Assembly: GCA_945898045.1 (NCBI GenBank)
Contig: CAMDGG010000004.1
Span: 6,422 to 70,421, forward strand
Length of the DNA: 64,000 nt
Direction of reading: 5' to 3'
DNA from: a bacterium UBP8_UBA817
GTDB taxonomy: Bacteria; Margulisbacteria; Marinamargulisbacteria; SXXA01; SICP01
Of this stretch, positions 7,669 to 17,894 are shown one piece after another. The notes under the pieces were generated by a model. The model saw only the letters and a program-made list of their open reading frames with translations. It made no database searches and had not been told where the DNA came from. The position numbers were made by a program, and so were the translations under genes. Numbering within the stretch: position 1 is the first letter of the stretch; every line of letters starts with the position of its first letter.

Positions 7669-10600
7669 ATGCCTCATAAAATAAGCGTTACCGATACACT
7701 TTTAGCTCAATTTTCTACCTTGTACTTAAATTCAATTTCAAAAAGGTCTTTAGCGGAACATTCTTCGGAAGAATGGACGCAGTTTCTACACGAACGCTTT
7801 GCATTTTTTTCTGAGTTTGCACTTACTCCCGAAGGACAGTTTAGACTTTTACCTCCCGATCCTACTTCCCCTCGTCTACTCAACAAACGTGTTTTAGAAT
7901 ATGTTTGCCCCGATGCAACCTTTTTACTTTTAACGATTGAACGCCTTTTTCGTGACTTGGGCCTACAAATAACGCGCACATTGCATCCCATTATGACGCT
8001 TGAAGTCAATGCCGATGGCCAGCTTGTCGATCTCTCCAAACCGCTTCCTGGAACACAGCTTGTTGCGGTGATGTATATTGAGTTTGAAGACACGCATGAT
8101 GAGGCTATTTTGGCAGAGTTAGAGAATCGACTTCATTACCATTTACATGCGATACAGCGCGCCTATCAAGATCAAGCATCCATGATTGCGATGCTGCAAA
8201 AATGTAAAGCCGATATTTTGTCCCAATCGTTTTCGATTCATGAACCTAAGGAAGAATGGGTTAATCTTTTGGATTGGCTTTTAGATCAAAATTTTTCTTT
8301 TATGGGGGTTATTTCGTATGATTTACCGGCATCAGAGTCGTCTCCCGTTATCTGTGATACCAATACTGGACTAGGGCTTTTATCGACTTCTTTTTTATCG
8401 CAATTTCCTGCATTATCTGCCACAATATTCGCTCATACAGACCGGATGAGAACCTATCATCAACCCTTTGTTTTTAGTCGTCTTAATTTCACGAGCCCTA
8501 TACAACGTTTTGAAAAATTCATGCGGCTTAGCCTTAAGTTCCCTTCTGAAAATGGTAACGTTCGGGAGGTTATTTTCATTGGATTACTGCGCCAAAGCTC
8601 ATTGTTTGCAAAAAATATTGAGACGCCTTTAATTCATCTTAAAATGAAATCCATTTTCAAGCTCAAAAACATGTTGCCTGGAAGCTATGACTATAACGAA
8701 GTGATTCGCATTTTCACTTCCATTCCTAAATTTGAACTTTTTCGTCGCACCAAAGAAGATTTACTTCAAATGGTGGAAGATATTTTGTCGATCAATAACC
8801 CCAATGACATTTACTGTTTTTCTCGCAAAAAACTGGGCATTAAATTACCTATTATGATTGTTATTCCCCCCCGTCTCTATACCCCGGCTACCGTAACGAC
8901 GATTGAGTCTTATCTTAAAAAAGTGATTCCGCACACGGATGTAGAAATTCTGGAAATTCCTGGCGAAGAGCATTCGCGTTTACAGTTTTATTTTGAACAA
9001 TCTCCTGACATGTCCGATACCGTTGAGTGTGCGTCACTAGAATCTGAGTTGAGAGAGCGCATTAAACCTTGGGAAGATTTGTTTAAAGAAGCCATTCTTG
9101 CGGAGTATCCCGGAATGGAGGGCGAGAAATTATATCGACGTTACGTATCCGCCTTTCCTAATCACTATCGTGTGAGGTGTAATCCAAAGCATGGGGTGAT
9201 TGACTTGGTTTTCCTTGAAAAACTGTATCAGGAAAATGACATCCAATTTGGCCTTGTTCCCTTTATTATGCCCTCGTCGGTGTCTTCTGGAAAAACGTCG
9301 CTACTCACAATTTACAACAAAGAAAAGATCGAACTAATTTTGATTATGCCGATTTTAGAAAACTTAGGCTTTCGGGTTTTTGATGAGCTTACAACACGTA
9401 TTGGTACAGCCGAAAATGTGATTGCCTATTTACATAGTTTTCGATTTACAGATCTTGCCGGAAACAAAATTGATGAAGAAAAGCATCGTGTGATCTTAAC
9501 GGATTTATTGCGCGCTGTGTTTGATAAGCGTGCCGTAAATGATCGCCTCAATTTGTTAGCTCTCAATGCCGATTTGTCATGGCGTGCGATTACTGTTTTA
9601 CAATGTTATCGGAATTTTTTGTTTCAAATTACGGCTCCCACTTATACACGAGACAAGATCACCTCTACACTTCTTAATCATCCTGCATCGGCTCATTTAC
9701 TTTTTCAGTATTTCGAAACCAAGTTTTCTACTGACCCCAGCTTAGGAGATCCTGCACATCGTCAAAAAACGCTTCTTCCCAAGCTTGAAAAACAATTTCT
9801 TGAGAGTCTCCATGAAGTAAGTGAAGTCGCAGAAGATTTGATTTTTAGACGCCTTTTAAATGCCATGCAGAGCACGCTACGCACCAATTTCTATATTCCA
9901 AAATCCAATGGCGACGACTTTGTTTCTATCAAGATCGATTCGTCCCAAATACAACAAATGCCACTGCCTGTTCCGTACCGTGAAATCTATGTATATGATG
10001 CCGGTGTTGAAGGGTGTCATATTCGATTTGGTTCTGTTGCGCGTGGTGGACTACGTTGGTCCAACAGGCCAGATGATTTCCGGAAAGAAGTTTTGGATTT
10101 GGTAAAAACCCAGCAAACTAAAAATGTGGTGATTGTTCCTGTGGGATCTAAAGGTGGATTTATTGTTAAAAATCAGCCGACAGAGCGTCAAGCCCTGCAG
10201 GAAGAAACCCAACGTCAGTACAAGAAATTTGTAAGTGCACTTCTGGATATTACAGACAATTTTGATGTCTCAGGCCAAGTAAAGTCTCCTGAGCATGTTG
10301 TCCTGTACGACAAAGCAGATCCGTATTTGGTAGTCGCTGCCGATAAAGGCACGGCCACATTTTCTGATTTTGCCAACTCGGTTTCTGAGGCCTATCACTT
10401 CTGGCTAGGCGATGCGTTTGCCTCTGGCGGCACGTATGGCTATAACCATAAAGCGGTGGGAGTAACTGCTAAGGGGGCTTGGGAATGTGTAAAGTTGCAT
10501 TTCAGAGAACTAGGTAAAAATTGTCAAACAGAACCATTCACTGTGGCAGGAATTGGAGATATGGCTGGCGATGTATTTGGAAACGGCATGTTATTGAGCC

Positions 10601-12054
10601 CTGTGATTAAATTGGTTGCGGCGTTTAATCATATGCATATTTTTCTGGATCCGACTCCCCCGATTGAAAGTAGCTTGAAAGAACGCGAACGGCTCTTCAA
10701 CTTACCCACTTCTTCTTGGGAAGATTACGATGCTCAATTAATTAGTAAAGGCGGCGGTATTTTTTCTCGTAAAGCAAAAGAAATTACGCTAAGCCCTGAG
10801 ATCAAAGCGCTATTGAATGTTGACGCCGATGTTCTCACGGGAGAAGCTTTAATTACGGCTATTTTAGGAATGCAGGTAGACCTTTTATGGTTTGGTGGTA
10901 TTGGCACGTATATTAAGGCCAGCCATCAGGATCATTTATCGGTTGGAGATCCGGCTAATGACGCGGTACGTATTGATAGCACGCAGTGCCGAGCACGTGT
11001 GATTGGTGAGGGCGCTAACTTAGGCATTACACAGGCTGCACGTATCGAATTAAATCAACGTGGCGTGTCGACTAACACCGATGCTATTGATAATTCTGCC
11101 GGCGTAAATATGTCCGATTACGAAGTAAATATCAAAATTTTATTAAATCGATTAGTCCGAGAAGGGCTTATCGCCTCTGTCGAGGATCGCAATCACATTT
11201 TGACTGAAATGACAGATTCGGTAACCGCACATTGTCTGATTAATAATAATCAACAACACCGGTTAATTTCGCTGGATGTGCTTCGGTCTCAGTCACGACT
11301 GGATCTGTTTGTCTCATTGGTTTCTTCTCTTACAAGCAGCGGCTTATTGAGTCCCAAAACAGAAGCGATTCCAGAAGCCTCAGCGTTATCTGCTGCGCTC
11401 ACACCTCAGGGTACAATTCCGAGATGTATTTTGGCGGTTTTACAGGCTTATGTAAAAATGTCTGTTTATGATGGACTTGTACATTCCCCTGTTTTAGATA
11501 CGCCTTATTTCGAACCTTTTTATACGACTTATTTTCCTACAGAACTGCTTACCAAATTTCCTGAGCCTCTCAAAACTCACCAGCTCAAAAAAGAAATTTT
11601 GTGTACTGCGGTCACCAATAAAGTGGTCAACCAATGTGGCATTACGTTTTATCACGACATGGTGTGTCTCACCGATCGTACGATGGGAGACATCACGCTT
11701 GCTTATTTACTTTTAAGTGACGCCCTTAATACCGATGCCTTACGAAAAGACATTTTATCTTCGGCTACGTCTGAAGCAGATCAATACAAGGCCTTACTTC
11801 TCCTAGAAGATGCGCTTCTTGCACTGACACAGGATCTTTTGCAAGTAAGTATGATTCCCTTAACTGTAGCCTTTTCAAAAACCCTTGGCGCAAGTTTTGT
11901 CGCGATTAAGAGTAGGCTCGCCGACGATAACCGCGTGATAGTGGCACGGGATCAGTGGCTTGCACTTGGATTTGATCGGGATCTCTCAGATGTCTTGGCA
12001 GTTTTAGCACGTCCGGTGGTTTTAATTGACTTGTTATATTTGGGCCAAGCATAG
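7669..12054 (+). CDS. Large NAD-specific glutamate dehydrogenase (Bac_GDH, ~160-180 kDa class)
   Basis: About 1460 aa. Catalytic-core strings GGLRWS, VPVGSKGGF, VVAADKGTATFSD, GDMAGDVFGNGML, ANLGITQ. The ATG at 7669 (MPHKISV) avoids overlap with the divergent coaX. Confidence 0.9.
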   Translation: MPHKISVTDTLLAQFSTLYLNSISKRSLAEHSSEEWTQFLHERFAFFSEFALTPEGQFRLLPPDPTSPRLLNKRVLEYVCPDATFLLLTIERLFRDLGLQITRTLHPIMTLEVNADGQLVDLSKPLPGTQLVAVMYIEFEDTHDEAILAELENRLHYHLHAIQRAYQDQASMIAMLQKCKADILSQSFSIHEPKEEWVNLLDWLLDQNFSFMGVISYDLPASESSPVICDTNTGLGLLSTSFLSQFPALSATIFAHTDRMRTYHQPFVFSRLNFTSPIQRFEKFMRLSLKFPSENGNVREVIFIGLLRQSSLFAKNIETPLIHLKMKSIFKLKNMLPGSYDYNEVIRIFTSIPKFELFRRTKEDLLQMVEDILSINNPNDIYCFSRKKLGIKLPIMIVIPPRLYTPATVTTIESYLKKVIPHTDVEILEIPGEEHSRLQFYFEQSPDMSDTVECASLESELRERIKPWEDLFKEAILAEYPGMEGEKLYRRYVSAFPNHYRVRCNPKHGVIDLVFLEKLYQENDIQFGLVPFIMPSSVSSGKTSLLTIYNKEKIELILIMPILENLGFRVFDELTTRIGTAENVIAYLHSFRFTDLAGNKIDEEKHRVILTDLLRAVFDKRAVNDRLNLLALNADLSWRAITVLQCYRNFLFQITAPTYTRDKITSTLLNHPASAHLLFQYFETKFSTDPSLGDPAHRQKTLLPKLEKQFLESLHEVSEVAEDLIFRRLLNAMQSTLRTNFYIPKSNGDDFVSIKIDSSQIQQMPLPVPYREIYVYDAGVEGCHIRFGSVARGGLRWSNRPDDFRKEVLDLVKTQQTKNVVIVPVGSKGGFIVKNQPTERQALQEETQRQYKKFVSALLDITDNFDVSGQVKSPEHVVLYDKADPYLVVAADKGTATFSDFANSVSEAYHFWLGDAFASGGTYGYNHKAVGVTAKGAWECVKLHFRELGKNCQTEPFTVAGIGDMAGDVFGNGMLLSPVIKLVAAFNHMHIFLDPTPPIESSLKERERLFNLPTSSWEDYDAQLISKGGGIFSRKAKEITLSPEIKALLNVDADVLTGEALITAILGMQVDLLWFGGIGTYIKASHQDHLSVGDPANDAVRIDSTQCRARVIGEGANLGITQAARIELNQRGVSTNTDAIDNSAGVNMSDYEVNIKILLNRLVREGLIASVEDRNHILTEMTDSVTAHCLINNNQQHRLISLDVLRSQSRLDLFVSLVSSLTSSGLLSPKTEAIPEASALSAALTPQGTIPRCILAVLQAYVKMSVYDGLVHSPVLDTPYFEPFYTTYFPTELLTKFPEPLKTHQLKKEILCTAVTNKVVNQCGITFYHDMVCLTDRTMGDITLAYLLLSDALNTDALRKDILSSATSEADQYKALLLLEDALLALTQDLLQVSMIPLTVAFSKTLGASFVAIKSRLADDNRVIVARDQWLALGFDRDLSDVLAVLARPVVLIDLLYLGQA

Positions 12055-12134
12055 GTTCCATCACGAAATATGCATACATAGTTTTAAGGTGATTTGTCGA
12101 TTCCTTACTTATCAAACCAAGGAGGTCGATGATC

Positions 12135-12299
12135 ATGCAAGAGTTTAATGACAATTCCCAGAATGAACTATCAGGCCCCATGAAAGGGGTTCTCTTTCTT
12201 GAAGGGTTTCTATTTATGAAAAGTACGTTGATTAAACAAAACGATATTTTGGTCCAAAAGGCCTTTGAGGAACTCTATAAATATGTTTCAAAGAACTAG
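12135..12299 (+). CDS. Possible small protein (54 aa), absent from the ORF track
   Basis: AAGGAGG at 12119-12125, followed by ATG at 12129 and 12135. Hand translation MQEFNDNSQNELSGPMKGVLFLEGFLFMKSTLIKQNDILVQKAFEELYKYVSKN. No recognisable family. Confidence 0.25.
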   Translation: MQEFNDNSQNELSGPMKGVLFLEGFLFMKSTLIKQNDILVQKAFEELYKYVSKN

Positions 12300-12302
12300 G
12301 TT

Positions 12303-13160
12303 ATGCAGCCCGATATTCTAATGATTATTGGCCCGACGGGCATTGGAAAATCGGAGTTTGCACTTCAGAAAGCACGGGACTGTAATGGCGTGATTATTTC
12401 TGCGGATGCGTTTCAGGTATATAAGGGAATGGACATTGGGACAGCTAAAGTTTCGACTAGTGTTAGGGCCGAAATTCCTCATCATTTAATTGATATTAGA
12501 ACACCCCATGATGCTTATTCTGTGGCTGATTTTCTCACTGAAACACACGGTTTAATACACACTCTTCGAGAGCAAAAAAAACCGATTATTTTATGTGGGG
12601 GCACGGCATTTTATTTGTATGCATTTTTGTATGGATATCGATTCGATACGTTACCAGAAGATATGCCTGTTCTCAGAAAACGGCTTGAAGAACGTCTGGC
12701 GATTGAGGGCTTAGATGCATTAACGAAAGAACTAAAATCAGTCAGCACTGAGTGTATTGATTATCAAAATCCAAGACGCGTGTTACGTGCATTAGAACAC
12801 TATTATACAAAAGGAATGGTAGACGAAAAAACAAGAACCCCAGAGGCCCGCACCGATGTCAAAATTATTGGGTTGAGCGCGCCAAGAGAACAGGTTGTTG
12901 AACGGATTAACAAACGCGTCGATCAAATGATTGAAGAAGGATTGGTAGAAGAAGTCAAAAAGGTGCTGGAAAGTGGTGTCTCCGCAACCGCTCCGGCCTT
13001 ACAAGCTATTGGATATAAAGAAGTCATTCAGCATTTGCATGGTAGTCTCACCCATGCGGAAATGGTAGAATGTATTAAAATCAAAACCAGGCAGTTTTCT
13101 AAACGACAAATGACTTGGTTTAAACGGTTTCATCATGCAGAATGGATTGAGCTCTCCTAA
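12303..13160 (+). CDS. miaA: tRNA dimethylallyltransferase
   Basis: P-loop GPTGIGKS, FQVYKGMDIGTAK, HHLID, and the C-terminal RQFSKRQMTWF motif. Confidence 0.9.
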   Translation: MQPDILMIIGPTGIGKSEFALQKARDCNGVIISADAFQVYKGMDIGTAKVSTSVRAEIPHHLIDIRTPHDAYSVADFLTETHGLIHTLREQKKPIILCGGTAFYLYAFLYGYRFDTLPEDMPVLRKRLEERLAIEGLDALTKELKSVSTECIDYQNPRRVLRALEHYYTKGMVDEKTRTPEARTDVKIIGLSAPREQVVERINKRVDQMIEEGLVEEVKKVLESGVSATAPALQAIGYKEVIQHLHGSLTHAEMVECIKIKTRQFSKRQMTWFKRFHHAEWIELS

Positions 13161-14571
13161 ACGTTTTCTTCCCCACAAATTCCTTCAAGCGCTTTTTGTA
13201 TTCGCTGGATTTTTCCCGTTGGCTTTTGTTGTGTATGCGCCCAATCCTCTGAGCTCATTTAATGTATTTAAGTTTGGAGGTGTACTGCTTTTTTGCCTCT
13301 TTGTTTTTCTATTTCTCGAGCGCTTTTTATTCCATTTTTATCAACGTCTTCATAAACAGCCTAAGTATTTTGTCTTAATTTACTCCGTTATTTTCCTGAT
13401 GGTTTTGACATCGCGCCTGATGTTATTTATCCCCCACTCCCTCGTCTTTCTTATACCGATTTCACTTTCAGCTATGATTTTATCACTTCTAGCCACGCCT
13501 AATATTTCGCTTTTGGTGGGGACATTTATTAGCTTTCTAATTGGCATGGTGTACATGAATGACATCACGCTTTTTTTCTATTTTTTTATGGGCAATGCGG
13601 TCGGCACTTTTTCTACTTATAAACGGTACAAACGTGCCGAGTTAATCACGTGCGGCTATATTATTGGGCTTTTTAACATGGTGTTTATTTTGGCGATTGG
13701 GCTTTATCAGGGGCATATGGACGTCACCTGGTTTATTGGCAATATGTTCTTGGGATTTATCGGCGGGATTTTGTCTGCGATGTTATCTTTGGGGATTTTA
13801 CCTTACTTTGAAGGCGTGTTTAATATTGCAACGACGCAATCTTTATTAGAACTGAGTAATTTAGATCATCCACTTTTAAAACGGTTGATGCTGAGAACAC
13901 CTGGCACGTATCAACATAGCATGATGGTTGGAAATTTGGCTGAGGCTGCGGCAGAAGCCGTACATGCGGATCCAATTTTGGCTCGGATTGGGGCTTATTT
14001 TCATGATATCGGCAAGATGAAGCGCCCTATGTTTTATACCGAAAATCAATTTTCTGGAGATAATCCCCACACCCGTCTTTCCCCTCGCATGAGCAAAATG
14101 GTGATTGCGGCGCATCCAAGAGATGGGGTGGAATTGGCAACCAAGTATAAGCTGCCTGATATTATTAAAAAGTTTATTATCGAGCACCATGGCACTAGTT
14201 TGGTATCGTTTTTTTATACACAGGCCTTGCATACCGAAGCGTTTGAAGATTGTGAAAGTAGCAAAGATGAATTCCGATATCCAGGTCCAAAACCTAGTTT
14301 CAAAGAGTCTGGCATTGTGATGTTGGCCGATTCTGTAGAGGCTGCTGTCCGATCGATGGATAAGCCAACGTTACAGAAAATTGAGCATGTCATGGACACT
14401 ATTTTTCAGACAAAATTACAAGATGGCCAGCTGAGCGAATGTCCGTTGAGTATGCGAGAAATCTATACCATTCAGCGCACATTTTATCAGTTGTTTAAAA
14501 GTATTTACCATCACCGTATTGATTACCAGGAAGAAATAGATGCCATTATCGAACACACCAAATCTAAATAA
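13135..14571 (+). CDS. 7TM-HD (HDIG) membrane phosphohydrolase, PgpH/YqfF-like
   Basis: Multi-pass N-terminal half, then an HD domain (YQHSMMVGNLAE, GAYFHDIGK, HHG). Conserved yqfF-ybeY-dgkA neighbourhood. Confidence 0.8.
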   Translation: MQNGLSSPKRFLPHKFLQALFVFAGFFPLAFVVYAPNPLSSFNVFKFGGVLLFCLFVFLFLERFLFHFYQRLHKQPKYFVLIYSVIFLMVLTSRLMLFIPHSLVFLIPISLSAMILSLLATPNISLLVGTFISFLIGMVYMNDITLFFYFFMGNAVGTFSTYKRYKRAELITCGYIIGLFNMVFILAIGLYQGHMDVTWFIGNMFLGFIGGILSAMLSLGILPYFEGVFNIATTQSLLELSNLDHPLLKRLMLRTPGTYQHSMMVGNLAEAAAEAVHADPILARIGAYFHDIGKMKRPMFYTENQFSGDNPHTRLSPRMSKMVIAAHPRDGVELATKYKLPDIIKKFIIEHHGTSLVSFFYTQALHTEAFEDCESSKDEFRYPGPKPSFKESGIVMLADSVEAAVRSMDKPTLQKIEHVMDTIFQTKLQDGQLSECPLSMREIYTIQRTFYQLFKSIYHHRIDYQEEIDAIIEHTKSK

Positions 14572-15001
14572 TCCTGAGATTATTTTTAATATCGAAACAC
14601 CGCTTTCTGTCTCTTTTGACATGGAAAAATTTGTACATGCCGTTTTTAATCTTAAGCGCATTACGTGTGGATTCTTTGAGTTTAATTTTGTAAATGCTGC
14701 TATGATTGTATCGTTGAATCAGTCACATTTGGGACGTGATTATGTGACGGATATTATTACGTTTAATTTGGGAAGTTTGGAAGATATTGTGGGCGACGTC
14801 TATATCTGCGTCGAACAAGCCGCAGAGAATGCGGCCCATTATAAACATGATTTTGAAGATGAAATTCGGTTGTTACTCATTCATGGCATTTTACATTTAT
14901 TGGATTATCAGGATTATACAGATGAAGAAAAACAGATCATGGATGTCGAACAAACCCGATTGTTACAGGAAGCAAAAACTTGGCTCTTAAGAAACCCTTA
15001 A
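14540..15001 (+). CDS. ybeY: rRNA maturation endoribonuclease YbeY
   Basis: 153 aa. Metal motif region HGILHLLDYQDY, against the canonical HGxLHLxGYDH. Conserved position before dgkA. Confidence 0.82.
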   Translation: MPLSNTPNLNNPEIIFNIETPLSVSFDMEKFVHAVFNLKRITCGFFEFNFVNAAMIVSLNQSHLGRDYVTDIITFNLGSLEDIVGDVYICVEQAAENAAHYKHDFEDEIRLLLIHGILHLLDYQDYTDEEKQIMDVEQTRLLQEAKTWLLRNP

Positions 15002-15372
15002 AACCTGGATCTTTTCCTAAACGGGTCGGCGTTTCCCTGCGTGGGCTGGGATATGCCATTAAATCACAGCGACATATGCGGGTACATTTGGTCTGTACCT
15101 CTCTTATTTTTATAGTGGGTGTTTATTTTGGTTTAAGCACCATTGAGTGGGCCTTACTTATTTTAAGCGTGAGTTTGGTGGTGATTACAGAGTGCGTGAA
15201 TACGGCCATTGAGATTTCGGTTGATTTAACAACGCGGCAGTATCGTATTCGGGCTATGTTGAGCAAAGACATTGCGTCAGGTGCGGTAGTGCTAGCGGCA
15301 GTGCAGGCCTTGGCGATTGGATATTTGCTTTTTTTCCACCGATTTATTACCCTAATTAAAGGAGGATGTTAA
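14980..15372 (+). CDS. dgkA: Prokaryotic diacylglycerol/undecaprenol kinase
   Basis: 130 aa with three TM helices. Family-typical strings NTAIE and SKDIASGAVVLAA. Confidence 0.8.
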   Translation: MALKKPLKPGSFPKRVGVSLRGLGYAIKSQRHMRVHLVCTSLIFIVGVYFGLSTIEWALLILSVSLVVITECVNTAIEISVDLTTRQYRIRAMLSKDIASGAVVLAAVQALAIGYLLFFHRFITLIKGGC

Positions 15373-15376
15373 TCCC

Positions 15377-16681
15377 TTGGAATACAGTTTGCTACTCACA
15401 TTTTTTACATTTTGGATTTTCATTCTTCTTGCCGCATTTTTCTCGAGCGCAGAGACGGCCTTTACCTCCATCAATAAAGTAAAAGTGTATGCCATGAAAT
15501 CGCATCATGTGAAAGGGGCGTCTCTTTTGGTATCTCTTTTGGAAAATAGAAAGCGTCTTCTCACAGCCATTTTGATTGGAAATAGTTTTGCACATGTTGC
15601 GGCATCGGCTCTTGCGACGGCAACGCTATTGATTATATTGGCCCAATTTGGCATTACAGAATTTGCCATAGCCTTTGCGCTCATCACAGGAATTGTAACT
15701 CTTACACTCTTGGTATTTGGCGAGATCACACCTAAGTTTTTGGTATTAAAACATCCAGAACGATGGGCCCTTATCTATGCGAAGCCTATTTCTTGGGTAC
15801 TCATTTTATTCTATCCCTTGATTCAAATGCTGCAGGGCATTATCTGGGTGATTACAAAAATATTGCGGGTTCCGTTTGATGATGCTGGCAATGTATTAAC
15901 GACGGATGAGATTAAAGCCATGGCCACGCTTGGGCAAGAAGAAGGACTTCTCGAAAAAGAAGAGCAAGAGATGATTCATAGTATTATTGAATTTTCTAAC
16001 ACGATTGTGCGTGAAATCATGACCCCTCGTACCGATGCCGTGTGTATTGATGTGCATTCTACCGTGGCAGACTGTATCGATTTGATTACAGAAAAAGGCC
16101 ATTCTCGCATACCTGTTTATGACAGTAGTATCGATAATATCGTTGGGGTTTTATATGCCAAAGATTTGTTAAAAGTACCTATTGAACAACGCAGTTCTAC
16201 GTTAGAAGGACGTAGTCGAGAAACGGTCTTTATTCCTGAATTCAAAAATATTGAACCGCTCTTTCATCAGATGCGTCATGACAAGTTACATATTGCTATG
16301 GTGGTTGATGAACATGGTGGTTTTTCGGGACTGGTTACTATGGAAGATATTATTGAGGAAATTATTGGAGATATTGAAGATGAATTTGACCATGAGGAAT
16401 CGCCAGAATTTCTAGAGACGTCGCCTAACCATTTCTTGGTAGATGGGAAGATGAATATTGATGATTTAGGCGATAAATTAGGTGTGGATTTTCCTGAAAA
16501 CGAAGATTACGACACAGTGGGTGGTTTTCTCCTGGAAGCCATTGGAAGCTTTCCTTCTAAGGGGGCTCATGTCAGCTATCAAGATTTGATATTTACCGTG
16601 AAGGAGATTAACGAACGTCGTATCCTCACTGTAGAAATCGCAAAAAAACCTAAAAGTGCGACCGAAGCCTTGCTCTCCTAA
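15377..16681 (+). CDS. CNNM/CorC-family transporter (DUF21 + CBS pair + CorC_HlyC)
   Basis: N-terminal 4-TM DUF21, a CBS pair (IMTPRTD..HSRIPVY), C-terminal transporter-associated domain. TTG start per the track. Confidence 0.85.
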   Translation: MEYSLLLTFFTFWIFILLAAFFSSAETAFTSINKVKVYAMKSHHVKGASLLVSLLENRKRLLTAILIGNSFAHVAASALATATLLIILAQFGITEFAIAFALITGIVTLTLLVFGEITPKFLVLKHPERWALIYAKPISWVLILFYPLIQMLQGIIWVITKILRVPFDDAGNVLTTDEIKAMATLGQEEGLLEKEEQEMIHSIIEFSNTIVREIMTPRTDAVCIDVHSTVADCIDLITEKGHSRIPVYDSSIDNIVGVLYAKDLLKVPIEQRSSTLEGRSRETVFIPEFKNIEPLFHQMRHDKLHIAMVVDEHGGFSGLVTMEDIIEEIIGDIEDEFDHEESPEFLETSPNHFLVDGKMNIDDLGDKLGVDFPENEDYDTVGGFLLEAIGSFPSKGAHVSYQDLIFTVKEINERRILTVEIAKKPKSATEALLS

Positions 16682-16682
16682 G

Positions 16683-17831
16683 ATGTCATCTATTTGCAAA
16701 CATTTTCCGGATTGTGGGGGTTGTCGTACGATTGATGTGCCTTATGCGGATCAGCTTTTAGCAAAACAGGTTGATTTTATAGCCTGTGCAAGCCAGCATT
16801 TTCCAGAAGCCGTGCCGTTTATAGCCCCGATTATTGGCTGTGAAACGCCGCTTTATTATCGCAATAAAATGGAATATGCGTTTGGCTCTGACGAAACACG
16901 TGTTTACTTGGGTCTTAAGCGTCGGGGACATTTTGATCAGGTAGTTCCGCTTACAGAATGCTTTTTACTTTCAGATAAAATGGGCGATATTTTTGCGATA
17001 TGTAATGCGTATTTTTCGGAGAAACAAACCAGTACGTGGAACCCACGTAGGCATAGTGGATTGCTGCGACATTTATCTATTCGGCATTCGAAAGGTGATG
17101 ATCAGTATTTGCTTAATTTTATTGTGTCGGAAGCCTGTGCCGAATTAATTTTGCCTTTGGCTCAGTCATTGGCGGCTAAATTCCCTGAAATTGTTTCTAT
17201 TTTGATGAGTGTAAATGAGAGCCATGGGGATCATGCCCTATTCTCTTCTTCGGATATTTTGCATGGACAGGATTTTATTGAAGAATCTTTGGGTGAGGTT
17301 CGGTTTAAGATTTCACCCTTATCCTTTTTTCAAAGCAATCCGAGGCAAGCCGAAGTTTTGTATGATCAGATTCGCAAATTAGCGGTAGAATCGGCCTCAG
17401 ATCGCATCTTAGATTTGTATTGCGGGATTGGTAGCATTGGTTTGTATTTGGCGCGTCACGTCGGCTCTGTGATTGGCATTGAGGAGAATCCTTCAGCCAT
17501 TAACGATGCGCATGCAAATGCTGAGAGAAATGGCATCTCCAATGTTTCTTTTAAATTGGGAAAAGTGAAAAATATTTTAAAATTCGAAACGTTTGATGTG
17601 GATTGTATTGTGACCGATCCACCTCGTTGTGGCATGACCCCTAAGGCGCTCAAACGCATGATTGCGGTGGGTGCACCTCGTATTGTGTATGTATCCTGTA
17701 ATCCGGTGACGTTATTTCAGGAATTAGCTGTGATTTGCGAAAATGGGTATCGGGTGGACATCGTTCAGCCGGTGGATATGTTTCCGAATACATTGCATGT
17801 TGAGACGGTGGTTAAGCTCGTAAAAATTTGA
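16683..17831 (+). CDS. SAM-dependent RNA (uracil-5)-methyltransferase, RlmD/TrmA family
   Basis: N-terminal Cys cluster CKHFPDCGGC (Fe-S site of RumA type), FFQSN, DLYCGIGSIG, DPPRCG, SCNP. The ATG at 16683 follows the corC-like stop. Confidence 0.85.
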   Translation: MSSICKHFPDCGGCRTIDVPYADQLLAKQVDFIACASQHFPEAVPFIAPIIGCETPLYYRNKMEYAFGSDETRVYLGLKRRGHFDQVVPLTECFLLSDKMGDIFAICNAYFSEKQTSTWNPRRHSGLLRHLSIRHSKGDDQYLLNFIVSEACAELILPLAQSLAAKFPEIVSILMSVNESHGDHALFSSSDILHGQDFIEESLGEVRFKISPLSFFQSNPRQAEVLYDQIRKLAVESASDRILDLYCGIGSIGLYLARHVGSVIGIEENPSAINDAHANAERNGISNVSFKLGKVKNILKFETFDVDCIVTDPPRCGMTPKALKRMIAVGAPRIVYVSCNPVTLFQELAVICENGYRVDIVQPVDMFPNTLHVETVVKLVKI

Positions 17832-17859
17832 CTCCAGCCTAAAAATAACACGTAAATAT

Positions 17860-17888
17860 TTGACTTTGGATTAAAAATTACGTATTAT
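17860..17888 (+). promoter_or_regulatory. Sigma70-type promoter TTGACT-N17-TATTAT, 6 nt before the ATPase ATG (leaderless-type)
   Basis: -35 at 17860-17865, -10 at 17883-17888, ATG at 17895, no Shine-Dalgarno in between. Confidence 0.55.
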
Positions 17889-17894
17889 GCTGCC

